This document shows positions 53,641-63,145 of a DNA stretch of 64,000 bases, in pieces. Under the pieces are notes generated by a model. The model was given only the letters and a program-made list of their open reading frames with translations. It did not search any database and was not told the DNA's origin. Source of the stretch: Candidatus Multivorans sp. (GTDB lineage Bacteria; Acidobacteriota; Thermoanaerobaculia; Multivoradales; Multivoraceae); assembly GCA_965224025.1 (NCBI GenBank), contig OZ245033.1, positions 928,001 through 992,000 on the forward strand, in the 5' to 3' direction. Position 1 is the first letter of the stretch, and each line of letters starts with the position of its first letter. The translations under genes were made by a program, and so were the position numbers.

Positions 53641-54960
53641 ATGGCAAAGCGGAAGGCGGAGCGTCTGGAAGTCGTTCACCCGGATTGCGCCGGTGTGGAC
53701 GTAGGCAAGCGCAAGCACTACGTGGCGGTGGCCCCGTCGCGTTTCGAGCGGCCGGTGCGCAATTTCTCGTCGTTCACGGAGGACCTCGAGGCGATGGCCT
53801 CGTGGCTTCAGGAGTGCGGCGTGCGTGAGGTGGCGCTGGAGTCGACGGGGGTGTACTGGATTCCGGTGTTCGAGGTGCTGGACCGGGCGGGGTTCGAGGT
53901 GCATCTGGTGAATCCTCGGGCGACCAAGCAGGTGAGTGGCCGCAAGAGTGACGTTCTGGACTGCCAGTGGATCCGGCAGTTGATGAGCTACGGGCTCCTG
54001 CGCGGTGCGTTTCGCGCGCCGGACGAGTTGTGTCCGCTGCGTTCGTACACGCGGCAGCGCGCCCAGTTGGTCCGCGACCGCAGCCGCGCGGTGCAGCACA
54101 TCCAGAAGGCTCTGGTGCAGATGAACGTGCAGTTGGACAACGTGCTGAGCGACATCATGGGCAAGACCGGCCAGTTGATCGTGCGCGCGATCGTCGCCGG
54201 CGAGCGCGACGGCGCGGCGCTGGCCCGTCACCGGGACGGTCGCTGCAAGGCTGGTCCGGCTGTGATCGCGGCGAGTTTGCAAGGCAACTGGCGAGACGAG
54301 CACCTGTTCGCTCTGGGCCAGGCGCTGGCCCGCTACGACATGCTGCAAGGCCAGATCGAGATGTGCGAGAAGCGCATCGACGCCGAGCTCGACGGCCTGG
54401 CCCAAGACGGCGTCGAGGACGCGCCGCCGCCCGGTTCGAAGGCGCGCGAGCGCGCCCTGCGGAAGCGGCTGCATCGCATGCTCGGCGTGGACCTGGTCGC
54501 CATTCCGACGGTCGGCGTCGAAACCGCGCTGACCTTCGCCGCTGAGATCGGCCCGGACCTGTCCCGGTTTCCCTCGCAGGGCAACTTCTGCTCGTGGCTG
54601 TGTCTGGCTCCACCGACCAACATCAGCGGCGACAAACGGCTGAACGGCCCTCCCGTGAAGCAGACCAACCGGGTCGGCCAGACGCTGCGCCAAGCCGCCA
54701 CCACAGCCCGCAACAGCAAGACCGCCATCGGAGCCTCTCACCGCCGGCGTCTCCAGCACATGGAGAAGGCGAAGGCCATCAAGGCCACCGCTCATCAACT
54801 CGGCCGACTGATCTACGCCATGCTGACCCACGGCGAAGAGTACGTCGAGCGCGACCTCGCCGAAATGGAGGCCGTCCGACGCGAACGACAAATCAGAAAC
54901 CTGCAGCGTCAGGCCCGCCGCCTGAATCTGGCTCTCGTGCCGACCGAACATGCCGCCTGA
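53641..54960 (+). CDS. IS110 DEDD recombinase/transposase
   Basis: 'GVDVGK', 'ALESTG', 'KSDVLDC', 'IPTVG', 'AEIGPDLSRF', 'NISG'; GGGAGG upstream. Confidence 0.9.
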   Translation: MAKRKAERLEVVHPDCAGVDVGKRKHYVAVAPSRFERPVRNFSSFTEDLEAMASWLQECGVREVALESTGVYWIPVFEVLDRAGFEVHLVNPRATKQVSGRKSDVLDCQWIRQLMSYGLLRGAFRAPDELCPLRSYTRQRAQLVRDRSRAVQHIQKALVQMNVQLDNVLSDIMGKTGQLIVRAIVAGERDGAALARHRDGRCKAGPAVIAASLQGNWRDEHLFALGQALARYDMLQGQIEMCEKRIDAELDGLAQDGVEDAPPPGSKARERALRKRLHRMLGVDLVAIPTVGVETALTFAAEIGPDLSRFPSQGNFCSWLCLAPPTNISGDKRLNGPPVKQTNRVGQTLRQAATTARNSKTAIGASHRRRLQHMEKAKAIKATAHQLGRLIYAMLTHGEEYVERDLAEMEAVRRERQIRNLQRQARRLNLALVPTEHAA

Positions 54961-55117
54961 ATCGCGCAACCTGCGCTGCCAACAAGGAACCCCTACCCGT
55001 TTGTTCCATGCAAGCCTGTAGGGCATAGTCGCTGCTCTCCGTCATTTGGTCTGGTGTGTCTTGCAGGTGAGAATGGAGTTGCCCCGGTTTCGTGGTCAGT
55101 TCGGTTGTGGAGGCGTG

Positions 55118-56635
55118 ATGAGCAAGCAGTATCGTGGTTGGACTCAGGATCAGCTGTACCTGCTGCCTCCCTCGATGCGGGATTGGCTGCCGGAGGGTCA
55201 TCTGGCGTGGTTCGTTCTGGACGTGGTGGGTGCTGTGGACATCAGCGAGATCGAGCGTGCCATTCAGAGCAAGGACGGCCGGGGTCAGCGTCCGTACCAT
55301 CCCCGGATGATGGTGGCGTTGCTGGTGTACGCATACTGTTCGGGGTTGTACTCGTCTCGTCGTATTGAGCGTGCGTGTCAGGAGAGTGTGCCGTATCGCG
55401 TGATCACGGGGGATGTGCAGCCTCACTTCACGACCATCAACGAGTTTCGCCGGGTCCATCGGGGGCACTTCGAGTCGTTGTTCGTGGAGATTCTTCTGTT
55501 GTGCGGCAAGTCGGGTTTGGTGAAGCTGCAGCAGGTGTCAGTGGACGGCACGAAGGTGCGGGCCGACGCGAGCAAGCACAAGGCGATGAGCTACGGCCGG
55601 ATGGTGTCCGAGGAGAAGCGTCTGGGTGGCGAGGTCAAGCGTCTGATGGCTCTGGTCGAGTCGGCGGATACGGAGGAGGACGTTCTTCACGGTGCTGGGG
55701 TGCGTGGCGACGAGTTGCCGGAGGAGCTTTCCCGTCGTGAGAGCCGGTTGTCGCGGATTGAGGCGGCGAAGTCCCGGTTGGAAGCGGAGGCTCGGGAGAC
55801 TCGCGCCAAGGAGCTTCGGGATCAGGCCGCTGGCATGGAGGAAACGGCGTCGCGGCATGAGAAGCCTTCGGTGCAGAAGGGTCTTCGGACGCGGGCGTCG
55901 AATCGGCGTGGCGAGGCGGAGAAGCTGGCGCCTCCGGTCGAGGCCGAAGACAAGGCCATCGACGAGTTGCCGCTGAAGTCGACGCGGGCGACGGTGGAGG
56001 GTTTGCCGAGGGACGAGGCCCAAGGGAACTTCACGGACCCGGAGAGCAGCATCATGAAGGGGCGGGACGGTTTCGTTCAGGCGTACAACGCGCAGTTGGC
56101 GGTGGACGAGGAGGCTCAGGTGATCGTGGCGCAAGGCGTGACGAACCAGCCGCCGGACAACGGCAATCTCAGGCCGATGGTGGCGCGCGTGGCGGGCGCT
56201 CTCGGTGAGGCGCCGACGAACGTGACGGCGGATGCCGGCTACTGGCACTCGGAGGTGGAAGAGCAGGTGCGGGAGCTTGGCAGTGAGGCATGGGTATCGA
56301 CCCAGGGCAGTTCCTCCAGCGAACCCGGTCCCTCTGATGAGAATGCCGACACGATCGACCCGGTCAAGCGGATGCAGTCGCGTCTCGCGAGCTCCGAAGG
56401 GCGTGCTCTATATGCCCGCCGCAAGGCGGTAGTCGAACCGGTCAACGGACAGATCAAGGAGGCTCGAGGATTCCGCCAGTTCTCGTTTCGGGGCTTGGAA
56501 GCCGTGCGCACGGAATGGACCCTTGTCTGCTTGTGCCACAACCTCCTCAAACTGTTCGGCCACTGCCTCCAAACTGCCCAAGAGGCGGCCCATTCAGGTC
56601 AACTGGACGGGAATCCGCTGCCCCAAGCCGCCTGA
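55118..56635 (+). CDS. IS1182-family transposase
   Basis: 'QLYLLPPS..WLPEGHLA', 'PYHPRMM', 'SSRRIE', 'VDGTKVRADAS', 'YNAQ', 'ADAGY', 'YARRKAVVEPVNGQIK'. Confidence 0.9.
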   Translation: MSKQYRGWTQDQLYLLPPSMRDWLPEGHLAWFVLDVVGAVDISEIERAIQSKDGRGQRPYHPRMMVALLVYAYCSGLYSSRRIERACQESVPYRVITGDVQPHFTTINEFRRVHRGHFESLFVEILLLCGKSGLVKLQQVSVDGTKVRADASKHKAMSYGRMVSEEKRLGGEVKRLMALVESADTEEDVLHGAGVRGDELPEELSRRESRLSRIEAAKSRLEAEARETRAKELRDQAAGMEETASRHEKPSVQKGLRTRASNRRGEAEKLAPPVEAEDKAIDELPLKSTRATVEGLPRDEAQGNFTDPESSIMKGRDGFVQAYNAQLAVDEEAQVIVAQGVTNQPPDNGNLRPMVARVAGALGEAPTNVTADAGYWHSEVEEQVRELGSEAWVSTQGSSSSEPGPSDENADTIDPVKRMQSRLASSEGRALYARRKAVVEPVNGQIKEARGFRQFSFRGLEAVRTEWTLVCLCHNLLKLFGHCLQTAQEAAHSGQLDGNPLPQAA

Positions 56636-56804
56636 TGGCCACATCCCGGCCCAGCTATCACGGGCTGACACCCCCCAAACCCAAAGTGCCGACCTCCTCC
56701 ACTCCCCTACAACTGCGACGAACGCCTCAGCCCGTACCGCAGAGCCCGGATACCTCAGTGCTTGCCCCGCCGGCCAACCTATGGCCTACAAGCTCCTAGG
56801 CTCC

Positions 56805-58559
56805 GTGTCCACCACGACCTCGTCTCCCACACGCGATCAGCTTTCCCGTCTAGACCTTCTGATCGCGGTCTTCGTCACGGCCGTCGTGCTCCTGGCGGCG
56901 CCCTCCTCGGCCCAGGACTTCGCCGAGCTCCTGGAGATTCGCCGGGTCAAGGAAACCCTCGACCTGAGCCAGGTGCCGGAACCGGATCTGTCGACCGTGC
57001 CCGCGGGCGACGCGCAGCGGCTCCGGGACTACCGGGCGCTCACTGCGAACGGCCTCGAACATGCCCTGGAGCCCATGCAGGCGCAGTTGGCGGCGAACAC
57101 CTTCGGCGATCTCTGCGCGCGCTACCTGCACTATGAGCTTCACGAAGCGGCGACGGTCTGCCTGGACCAGCTTCGGGAACTGGCGCCGGGGGACTTCCAG
57201 TGGGCCTACTTCCAGTTGCTGCTGGACATTGCGAACGGCGACCTGGAAGGGGCTCTCTCAAGCGCCGAGCAAGCGCTCGCCATCCGGCCGGACGACCCGC
57301 CCACCCTGGTCCGCCTGGCCGAACTCCTTGTCGCCGCCGGCGATGTCGACGCCGCCGAAGCCGCCTACGACAAGGCCATCGCGGCCTACCCCGAGAGCGC
57401 GACGGCCCGCGTCGGGCTCGGCTACATCGCCCTCGAGCGCGGCGACCCGGCGAAGGCGCTCCAGATCTTCCAGGAGGTTGCCGCGTCCCAGCCCGAGGGC
57501 AGCGAGGCGAATCACCACGTCGGCCTCGCATACCGCGCCCTGGGCGACGCCGACCGGGCCGCCGAGGCGTGGCGGCTGAATCAGGACGTCCTGATCCCGA
57601 TGTACGACCCGCTGCTCAAGCGCCTGCGGCCGCTCGAACAGGATGTGACGCTGCCCCTCGACCGCGCCGTCGCCGCCGCCGCGGAAGGCGACCACGCACG
57701 GGCGATCGAGCTGTACGAGGAGATCCTCGCCGCGAACGAGGCGGACCACGAGGCGCACTTCCGGTTGGCCGGCTCGCTGCTCGTCGTCGGCGAAGACGAA
57801 CGCGGCGAACGCCACCTCCGCCGGGCCGTCGCACTCAACCCCGAGCACCCCGGCGCCCACTTCGCCCTGGCGATGTTCCTCGCTCGCGAGGGACGGCGCG
57901 CCGAGGGCGCACGGCACCTGGAAAGGGCCGCCGACCTGGCGCCGGACAACCTGCCATGGCGCCTGCAACGGGCACAAATGCGGGCCGCTTCGGGCAACAC
58001 CGCCGGCGCCATCGAGGAACTCGAGCAGCTCGTCGCCCTGGATCCCGGGATGATCGAGGCAAGGCGGATGTTCTCCGCCGTGCTGGTCGGCGCCGGTCGG
58101 GCGGACGAGGCAGCCGCCCAGTTGCAGGCACTGGTCGCTCTGACACCGGACGATCTGCAGGCGCGCTTCAACCTGGGACTCATGCTGTTCCAGACCGCAC
58201 GCTACGCGGAGGCCCGCCGGGCGCTCGACGAAACGCTGCAGCGCTTCCCCGCCGACATCGCGACGCGGCACCTCCTGGCGCGCCTGCTTGCCACCAGCCC
58301 CGACGACGCGACGCGGGACGGTGCCCGGGCAGTCGAACTGGCGCAATCGGTGATCGACAAACAACCGGCGGTCGACCACCTGGAAACGCTGGCGATGGCC
58401 CTGGCCGAAGCCGGCCGGTTCGACGACGCGGTCGCTTGGCAGCAGCGGGCGCTGGAACGGGAACGGGCCGAGGCCGGCGGTAACTCCTCCCAACGGCTCG
58501 ATCGCCTGGCGCTCTACCAGGCCCGCCAACCGCTGCGGGCGCCGCGGCGCCAGAACTGA
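56805..58559 (+). CDS. Secreted TPR-repeat protein
   Basis: GTG start, signal-like segment, many TPR motifs, C-terminal 'LLATSPD...RDGARAVELA'. Confidence 0.75.
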   Translation: MSTTTSSPTRDQLSRLDLLIAVFVTAVVLLAAPSSAQDFAELLEIRRVKETLDLSQVPEPDLSTVPAGDAQRLRDYRALTANGLEHALEPMQAQLAANTFGDLCARYLHYELHEAATVCLDQLRELAPGDFQWAYFQLLLDIANGDLEGALSSAEQALAIRPDDPPTLVRLAELLVAAGDVDAAEAAYDKAIAAYPESATARVGLGYIALERGDPAKALQIFQEVAASQPEGSEANHHVGLAYRALGDADRAAEAWRLNQDVLIPMYDPLLKRLRPLEQDVTLPLDRAVAAAAEGDHARAIELYEEILAANEADHEAHFRLAGSLLVVGEDERGERHLRRAVALNPEHPGAHFALAMFLAREGRRAEGARHLERAADLAPDNLPWRLQRAQMRAASGNTAGAIEELEQLVALDPGMIEARRMFSAVLVGAGRADEAAAQLQALVALTPDDLQARFNLGLMLFQTARYAEARRALDETLQRFPADIATRHLLARLLATSPDDATRDGARAVELAQSVIDKQPAVDHLETLAMALAEAGRFDDAVAWQQRALERERAEAGGNSSQRLDRLALYQARQPLRAPRRQN

Positions 58560-58628
58560 AGAGTCCTTGAAGAGGAAAGCAGGAGGCGATCTCTTGCCAT
58601 CTATTACCGCCCGGTTTACGCTTATCGG

Positions 58629-61600
58629 ATGGCTCCCAAGGTACCCAAGGTCGACGTGCCGGCCCGCAACATGGGGCTGTCCGGCTCGATGCGCAAGGGC
58701 AGCGACCACGGCAAACGCGGCGGCAACGGCCTGCTCGACGCCCGGGGCGAACCGAACCCCGGCTACGCCGCGCCGGGCGCGGTCAAGGAGCAACTGCGGC
58801 GGCGCCAGTTCCAGACTCCGCCCAGGCGCCGGCGCACACCGCCTCCGCCCTACGCCGAACTCCACGCTGCCTCGTCGTTTTCGTTCCTGCGCGGCTCGTC
58901 CCAGCCCGAGGACCTGGTGGCGCGGGCGGCGGCGCTGGAGCTGCCGGCAGTCGCCCTGCTCGACCGGAACGGCGTTTCCGGCGCGCCGCGCTTCTACAAG
59001 GCGGCGCGGGAGGCGGGGATTCGGGCGCTGGTCGGCGCCGAGGCGGTGATCGACCGGCCGCAGGCGTCGGCGGTGTCGCGGCAGCGCGAGGAGCGGCCGA
59101 TGCTGGACGACCAGGAAACCCGCGTCCAGCTCCTGGTGCGAAGCCGGCAGGGCTACCGCAACCTCTGCCGCCTGCTGACCGCCGGGGCGCTCAACCACCC
59201 CAAGGGCGAGGCCCGGATCGACTGGACTCTGCTCGAGGAGCACGCGGCGGGGCTCCACTGCCTGGCCGGCGCCGCGGCCGACCCGGTCGGACGGGCGCTG
59301 GCCCGGGAAGGGCTGGAGGCCGCCCAGCGGCAGCTCGAACGACTGCACGCCGTCTTCCCCGGCCGCCTGCACGTGGAGCTCGCGCGGCACGGCATCCGCG
59401 CCGAGGAACATCGCAACCAGGCCCTGGTTCGGCTGGCGGAGAGGCTCAAGGTCCCGCTCGTCGCCACCGGCGGCGTGCGCTACGCCACCGCCGCCGACAA
59501 GCCCCTCCACGACCTGATGACCGCGATCCGGCACCACGTGACGGTCGACGACGCCGGCGCCCGCCTCGCCCGCGAGCGCCAGCGCCGCCTCAGGAGCCAG
59601 GAGGAGATGCACCGGCTGTTCGCCGATCTGCCGCGGGCCGCCTACGCGGCGCACGAACTGGCCGCGGAACTCGACTTCACCCTCGACGATCTCGGCTACC
59701 GCTTCCCGGACTACCCGCTTCCCGACGGCGAGACGGCGATCGCCCACCTCCGCGGGCTGACCTGGCAGGGGGCGCGGGAGCGCTTCCGGCCGCTCACCGC
59801 CCGCGCCGGGGCGCAACTCGAGAAGGAGCTCGCGCTGATCGAGAAGCTCGACCTCGCCGGCTACTTCCTGATCGTCTGGGACATCGTCCGCTTCTGCAAG
59901 GAGCAGCGGATCCTCGCCCAGGGCCGCGGCTCGGCCGCCAACTCCGCCGTCTGCTACGCACTGTCGATCACCGCGGTCGACCCGGTCAAGATGGACCTCC
60001 TGTTCGAGCGCTTCCTGTCCGAGGAACGCGGCGAATGGCCGGACATCGACCTCGACCTGCCGTCCGGCGACCAGCGCGAGAAGGTCATCCAGTACGTCTA
60101 CCGGCGCTACGGCCGGCAGGGCGCGGCGATGACCGCGAACGTGATCACCTACCGCGACCGCATGGCCGCGCGCGAGGCGGCCAAGGCGCTGGGGTGCTCC
60201 AAGTCCCAGGTCGACCGGCTGGCCAAGGGGCTCGGCCACTGGCACTACGACCTCTCCCGCGGCGACAGCAAGCAGATGGACGAGGAACTGACCGAACTCG
60301 GGTTCGATCCCCGCGACCGGCGCATCCAGATCTTCGTCCGACTGTGGCGACAGCTCCAGAACCACCCCCGCCACTTGGGCCAGCACTCGGGCGGCATGGT
60401 GCTCTGCGCCGGCCGGCTGGACGAAATCGTGCCGCTCGAACCGGCGGCGATGGAGAACCGGGTGATCGTCCAGTGGGACAAGGACGACTGCGCCGACCTG
60501 GGGCTGATCAAGGTTGACCTGCTCGGCCTCGGCATGCTGAACGCGCTGGAAGAGGCGGTACCCATGATCCGCCGGCACGAGGGCAAGGAGATCGACCTCG
60601 CCCATCTGCCGCCCGACGATCCGGACGTCTACGAGATGATCTGCCGCGCCGACACGGTCGGGGTCTTCCAGATCGAGAGCCGGGCGCAGATGGCGTCCCT
60701 GCCGCGCCACCGGCCGTACAAGTTCTACGACCTGGTGATCCAGATCGCGATCATCCGTCCCGGCCCGATCGTCGGCGGCATGGCCCATCCCTTCTTCGAG
60801 CGCCGGGTGGGCCGCGAGGAGGTCACCTACCCCCACCCGCTGCTCGAGCCGATCCTGCGGCGCACCCTCGGCGTGCCGATCTTCCAGGAGCAGATTCTCA
60901 AGATCGCCATGGTCGCGGCCGGCTTCTCCGGCGGCGAGGCGGAGGACCTGCGGCGCGCGATGGGCTTCAAGCGCTCCGTCGAGCGCATGCAGCAGATCGA
61001 GCAGCGGCTGCGCTCCGGCATGAACGAGCGCGGCATCCGCGGTGAAGCCCAGGAGCAGATCGTCAAGGCGATCACGTCGTTCGCGCTCTACGGCTTCCCC
61101 GAGTCGCACTCCGCCAGCTTCGCCCTGATCGCCTACGCCAGCGCCTACCTGAAGCGTCACCACCCGACCGCCTTCTTCCTGTCGCTCCTGAACGCCTGGC
61201 CGATGGGCTTCTACCACCCGGCGACCCTGGTCCGCGAAGCGCAGCGCGCGGGCAGCGTCGTGCTGCCGATCGACGTCAACGAATCGGGGGTCAGGTGCCG
61301 CTGGCAGGACCGGCCGGAGAACGCCGGCGAGCCGGCGCGGCAGAGCGAACCGCCCCCGCCGGGCGCGATCCGCCTCGGGCTCCGCTACATCAAGGGGATG
61401 CGGCGCGAAGCGGCCGAACGGATCGAAGCCGAGCAGGCGGCGAGACGCTTTGTGAGCATCGAGGACCTGGCCGGGCGCTGCCGCCTGCGCCGGAACGAGC
61501 TTGTGGCGCTGGCGTCCATCGGCGCGTTGGGCGGGCTGAGTGAAGACGCCGGGTCGGATGCGGGCAGGATGCCCGCGTTCCCAGGGGGAAAGCTCGCGTT

Positions 61601-62147
61601 ACCTGATCAGGCCAAATCGAATCGCAAGGGCCTCGGCCGGCGCGCCGCGCTGTGGCAGGCGGCCCAGGTCGAAAAGCCAAAGGGTCCCCTGTTCGCGGAT
61701 CTCTCAACCGCCAGTCCGTCGCCGCTCGACGAGATGACGCCCATGGAAGAGACGGCGGCCGACTTACGCGTAGCCTCGATCACCACGGGACCCCACCCGA
61801 TGGAGTACTACCGCCGCGCTCTCGATCGGCGCCGCGTCGTGTCCGCCGCGGCGCTCCCGAACAAGCCCGCCGGGCGACGCGTACGCACCGCCGGCTCCGT
61901 CATCGTCCGCCAGCGCCCCGGAACCGCCCGCGGCCTGCTGTTCCTGACCCTGGAGGACGAGACCGGGATGAGCCAGGCGGTCGTCATGCCGGACCAGCTC
62001 AAGAAACACCGCCGCACGATCGTCTCCTCCTCCGGCCTGATCGTCGAAGGTGTCCTGCAGAAGAAGGACGGCTCGCTATCCGTCAAGGCGGACAAGTTCT
62101 GGCCGATCGACCGCCTGGAGCGGATCCCGAGCCATGACTTCCGGTAG
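58629..62147 (+). CDS. dnaE2: Error-prone DNA polymerase DnaE2
   Basis: 'YAELHAASSFSFLRG', 'GRGSAANS', 'PDIDLD', 'QWDKDD', 'GFPESH', 'RQRPGTA', terminal 'SHDFR'. Confidence 0.92.
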   Translation: MAPKVPKVDVPARNMGLSGSMRKGSDHGKRGGNGLLDARGEPNPGYAAPGAVKEQLRRRQFQTPPRRRRTPPPPYAELHAASSFSFLRGSSQPEDLVARAAALELPAVALLDRNGVSGAPRFYKAAREAGIRALVGAEAVIDRPQASAVSRQREERPMLDDQETRVQLLVRSRQGYRNLCRLLTAGALNHPKGEARIDWTLLEEHAAGLHCLAGAAADPVGRALAREGLEAAQRQLERLHAVFPGRLHVELARHGIRAEEHRNQALVRLAERLKVPLVATGGVRYATAADKPLHDLMTAIRHHVTVDDAGARLARERQRRLRSQEEMHRLFADLPRAAYAAHELAAELDFTLDDLGYRFPDYPLPDGETAIAHLRGLTWQGARERFRPLTARAGAQLEKELALIEKLDLAGYFLIVWDIVRFCKEQRILAQGRGSAANSAVCYALSITAVDPVKMDLLFERFLSEERGEWPDIDLDLPSGDQREKVIQYVYRRYGRQGAAMTANVITYRDRMAAREAAKALGCSKSQVDRLAKGLGHWHYDLSRGDSKQMDEELTELGFDPRDRRIQIFVRLWRQLQNHPRHLGQHSGGMVLCAGRLDEIVPLEPAAMENRVIVQWDKDDCADLGLIKVDLLGLGMLNALEEAVPMIRRHEGKEIDLAHLPPDDPDVYEMICRADTVGVFQIESRAQMASLPRHRPYKFYDLVIQIAIIRPGPIVGGMAHPFFERRVGREEVTYPHPLLEPILRRTLGVPIFQEQILKIAMVAAGFSGGEAEDLRRAMGFKRSVERMQQIEQRLRSGMNERGIRGEAQEQIVKAITSFALYGFPESHSASFALIAYASAYLKRHHPTAFFLSLLNAWPMGFYHPATLVREAQRAGSVVLPIDVNESGVRCRWQDRPENAGEPARQSEPPPPGAIRLGLRYIKGMRREAAERIEAEQAARRFVSIEDLAGRCRLRRNELVALASIGALGGLSEDAGSDAGRMPAFPGGKLALPDQAKSNRKGLGRRAALWQAAQVEKPKGPLFADLSTASPSPLDEMTPMEETAADLRVASITTGPHPMEYYRRALDRRRVVSAAALPNKPAGRRVRTAGSVIVRQRPGTARGLLFLTLEDETGMSQAVVMPDQLKKHRRTIVSSSGLIVEGVLQKKDGSLSVKADKFWPIDRLERIPSHDFR
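61555..61586 (-). repeat. REP-like family A copy inside dnaE2
   Basis: CGGATGCGGGCAGGATGCCCGCGTTCCCAGGG, translated [10 protein letters not shown]. Confidence 0.75.
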
Positions 62148-62158
62148 GAAAGCGAGCC

Positions 62159-62190
62159 TTGACAAGGAACCGATCCTTGCTACGGTAAGG
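62159..62190 (+). promoter_or_regulatory. Sigma70-like promoter with operator palindromes for the TA operon
   Basis: TTGACA-16 bp-(TGc)TACGGT; overlapping CAAGGA-N5-TCCTTG inverted repeat. Confidence 0.6.
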
Positions 62191-62192
62191 AC

Positions 62193-62489
62193 ATGAGCAA
62201 GGTCACGAGCAAACTCCAGTTGACCCTGCCGAAGGCGCTCGCCGTGGAGTACGGCATACGACCCGGTGACGATGTGCGCTTCGAGGGCGCCGGCGAGGTG
62301 ATCCGTATGGTCCCCGAAGATGCGGACCGCGCCCCGGCCGGCCTGGATGCGGAGGCTCGACTGCTGCTCTTTGACGCGGCCACGGCTCGCCAGGAGGAGC
62401 GCCAGGCCCGGCGGCGAACGCGCGGCCAGGCCAGCCGAGGGTGGACACGGGAGGAACTCTACGAACGTGGCCGCCCGCGTACTGATTGA
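62193..62489 (+). CDS. vapB: AbrB/MazE-type antitoxin (VapB-like)
   Basis: 'MSKVTSKLQLTLPK...GIRPGDDVRF', 'WTREELYER'; overlaps PIN gene. Confidence 0.8.
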   Translation: MSKVTSKLQLTLPKALAVEYGIRPGDDVRFEGAGEVIRMVPEDADRAPAGLDAEARLLLFDAATARQEERQARRRTRGQASRGWTREELYERGRPRTD

Positions 62490-62901
62490 CACGAACGTCC
62501 TCGTCTACCGCTACGACCATCGCTTCCCGGACAAGCAGGCGACGGCTACCGGCGTTCTGCGCGAGTACCTCCAGACCGGCGTCGCGCGCGTCCCGCACCA
62601 GGCGGTCGTCGAGTTCGTCGCGGCGACAACCCGGGGGCGGCTCGGCCAACGGCTGCTCGAACCGGCCGACGCTCGACGCGAGGCCGAAGAAATCATGGCC
62701 CAGTTCCCCGTGATCTACCCGGACGATGCGGTGCTGCGCACGGCTCTGCGCGGGGCGGCGGCCTACGGCCTGTCCTGGTTCGACGCACACCTGTGGGCCT
62801 ACGCCGAAGTCCACGGCCTGTCCGAACTTCTGTCCGAGGACTTTCAGCATGGCCGCATGTACGGAACGGTCACCGTACGCGATCCGTTCCGCGACGCCTG
62901 A
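62467..62901 (+). CDS. vapC: PIN-domain toxin (VapC-like)
   Basis: 'LIDTNVLVY', 'VVEF', 'SWFDA', 'LLSEDFQHG'. Confidence 0.85.
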   Translation: MAARVLIDTNVLVYRYDHRFPDKQATATGVLREYLQTGVARVPHQAVVEFVAATTRGRLGQRLLEPADARREAEEIMAQFPVIYPDDAVLRTALRGAAAYGLSWFDAHLWAYAEVHGLSELLSEDFQHGRMYGTVTVRDPFRDA

Positions 62902-62929
62902 CCTGTCGGGACTGCGGAGAAGCCGGTCT

Positions 62930-63145
62930 GGTTCGGTCATCGTCCGCCAGCGCCCGGGTTCCGCCCGCGGCCTGCTGTTCCTGACCCTGGAAGACGAGGC
63001 CGGGATGAGCCAGGCGGTCGTCATGCCCGACCAGATCAAGAAGCAGCGCCGCCTCCGGCCTGATCGTCGAGGGCGTTCTTGCAGAAGAACGACGGCTCCT
63101 CATCCGTGAAGGCGGACAGGTTCTGGCCCATCGACCGCCTGGAGC
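62930..63145 (+). repeat. Degenerate duplicate of dnaE2 3' end (61893-62121)
   Basis: 'SVIVRQRPGSARGLLFLTLEDEAGMSQAVVMPDQ', then deletion/frameshift, ending ...ATCGACCGCCTGGAGC. Confidence 0.85.

Larger units (their letters stand above)
53363..55014 (+). mobile_element. IS110-family element
   Basis: AG core at both junctions (53361-62, 55013-14); no terminal IRs; ~280-bp upstream non-coding region. Confidence 0.85.
53360..56795 (+). mobile_element. IS1182-family element with left IR interrupted by IS110
   Basis: CTAG at 53356-59 and 56796-99; reconstructed left end GAG|CCTGTAGGGCATAG vs right end reverse complement GAGCTTGTAGGCCATAG. Confidence 0.85.

Noticed and set aside
57258-61217. Very long antisense ORFs (also 5780-8377, 24108-27191, 32259-35855, 15878-18013)
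   Set aside because: Shadow frames of high-GC genes with no recognisable motifs
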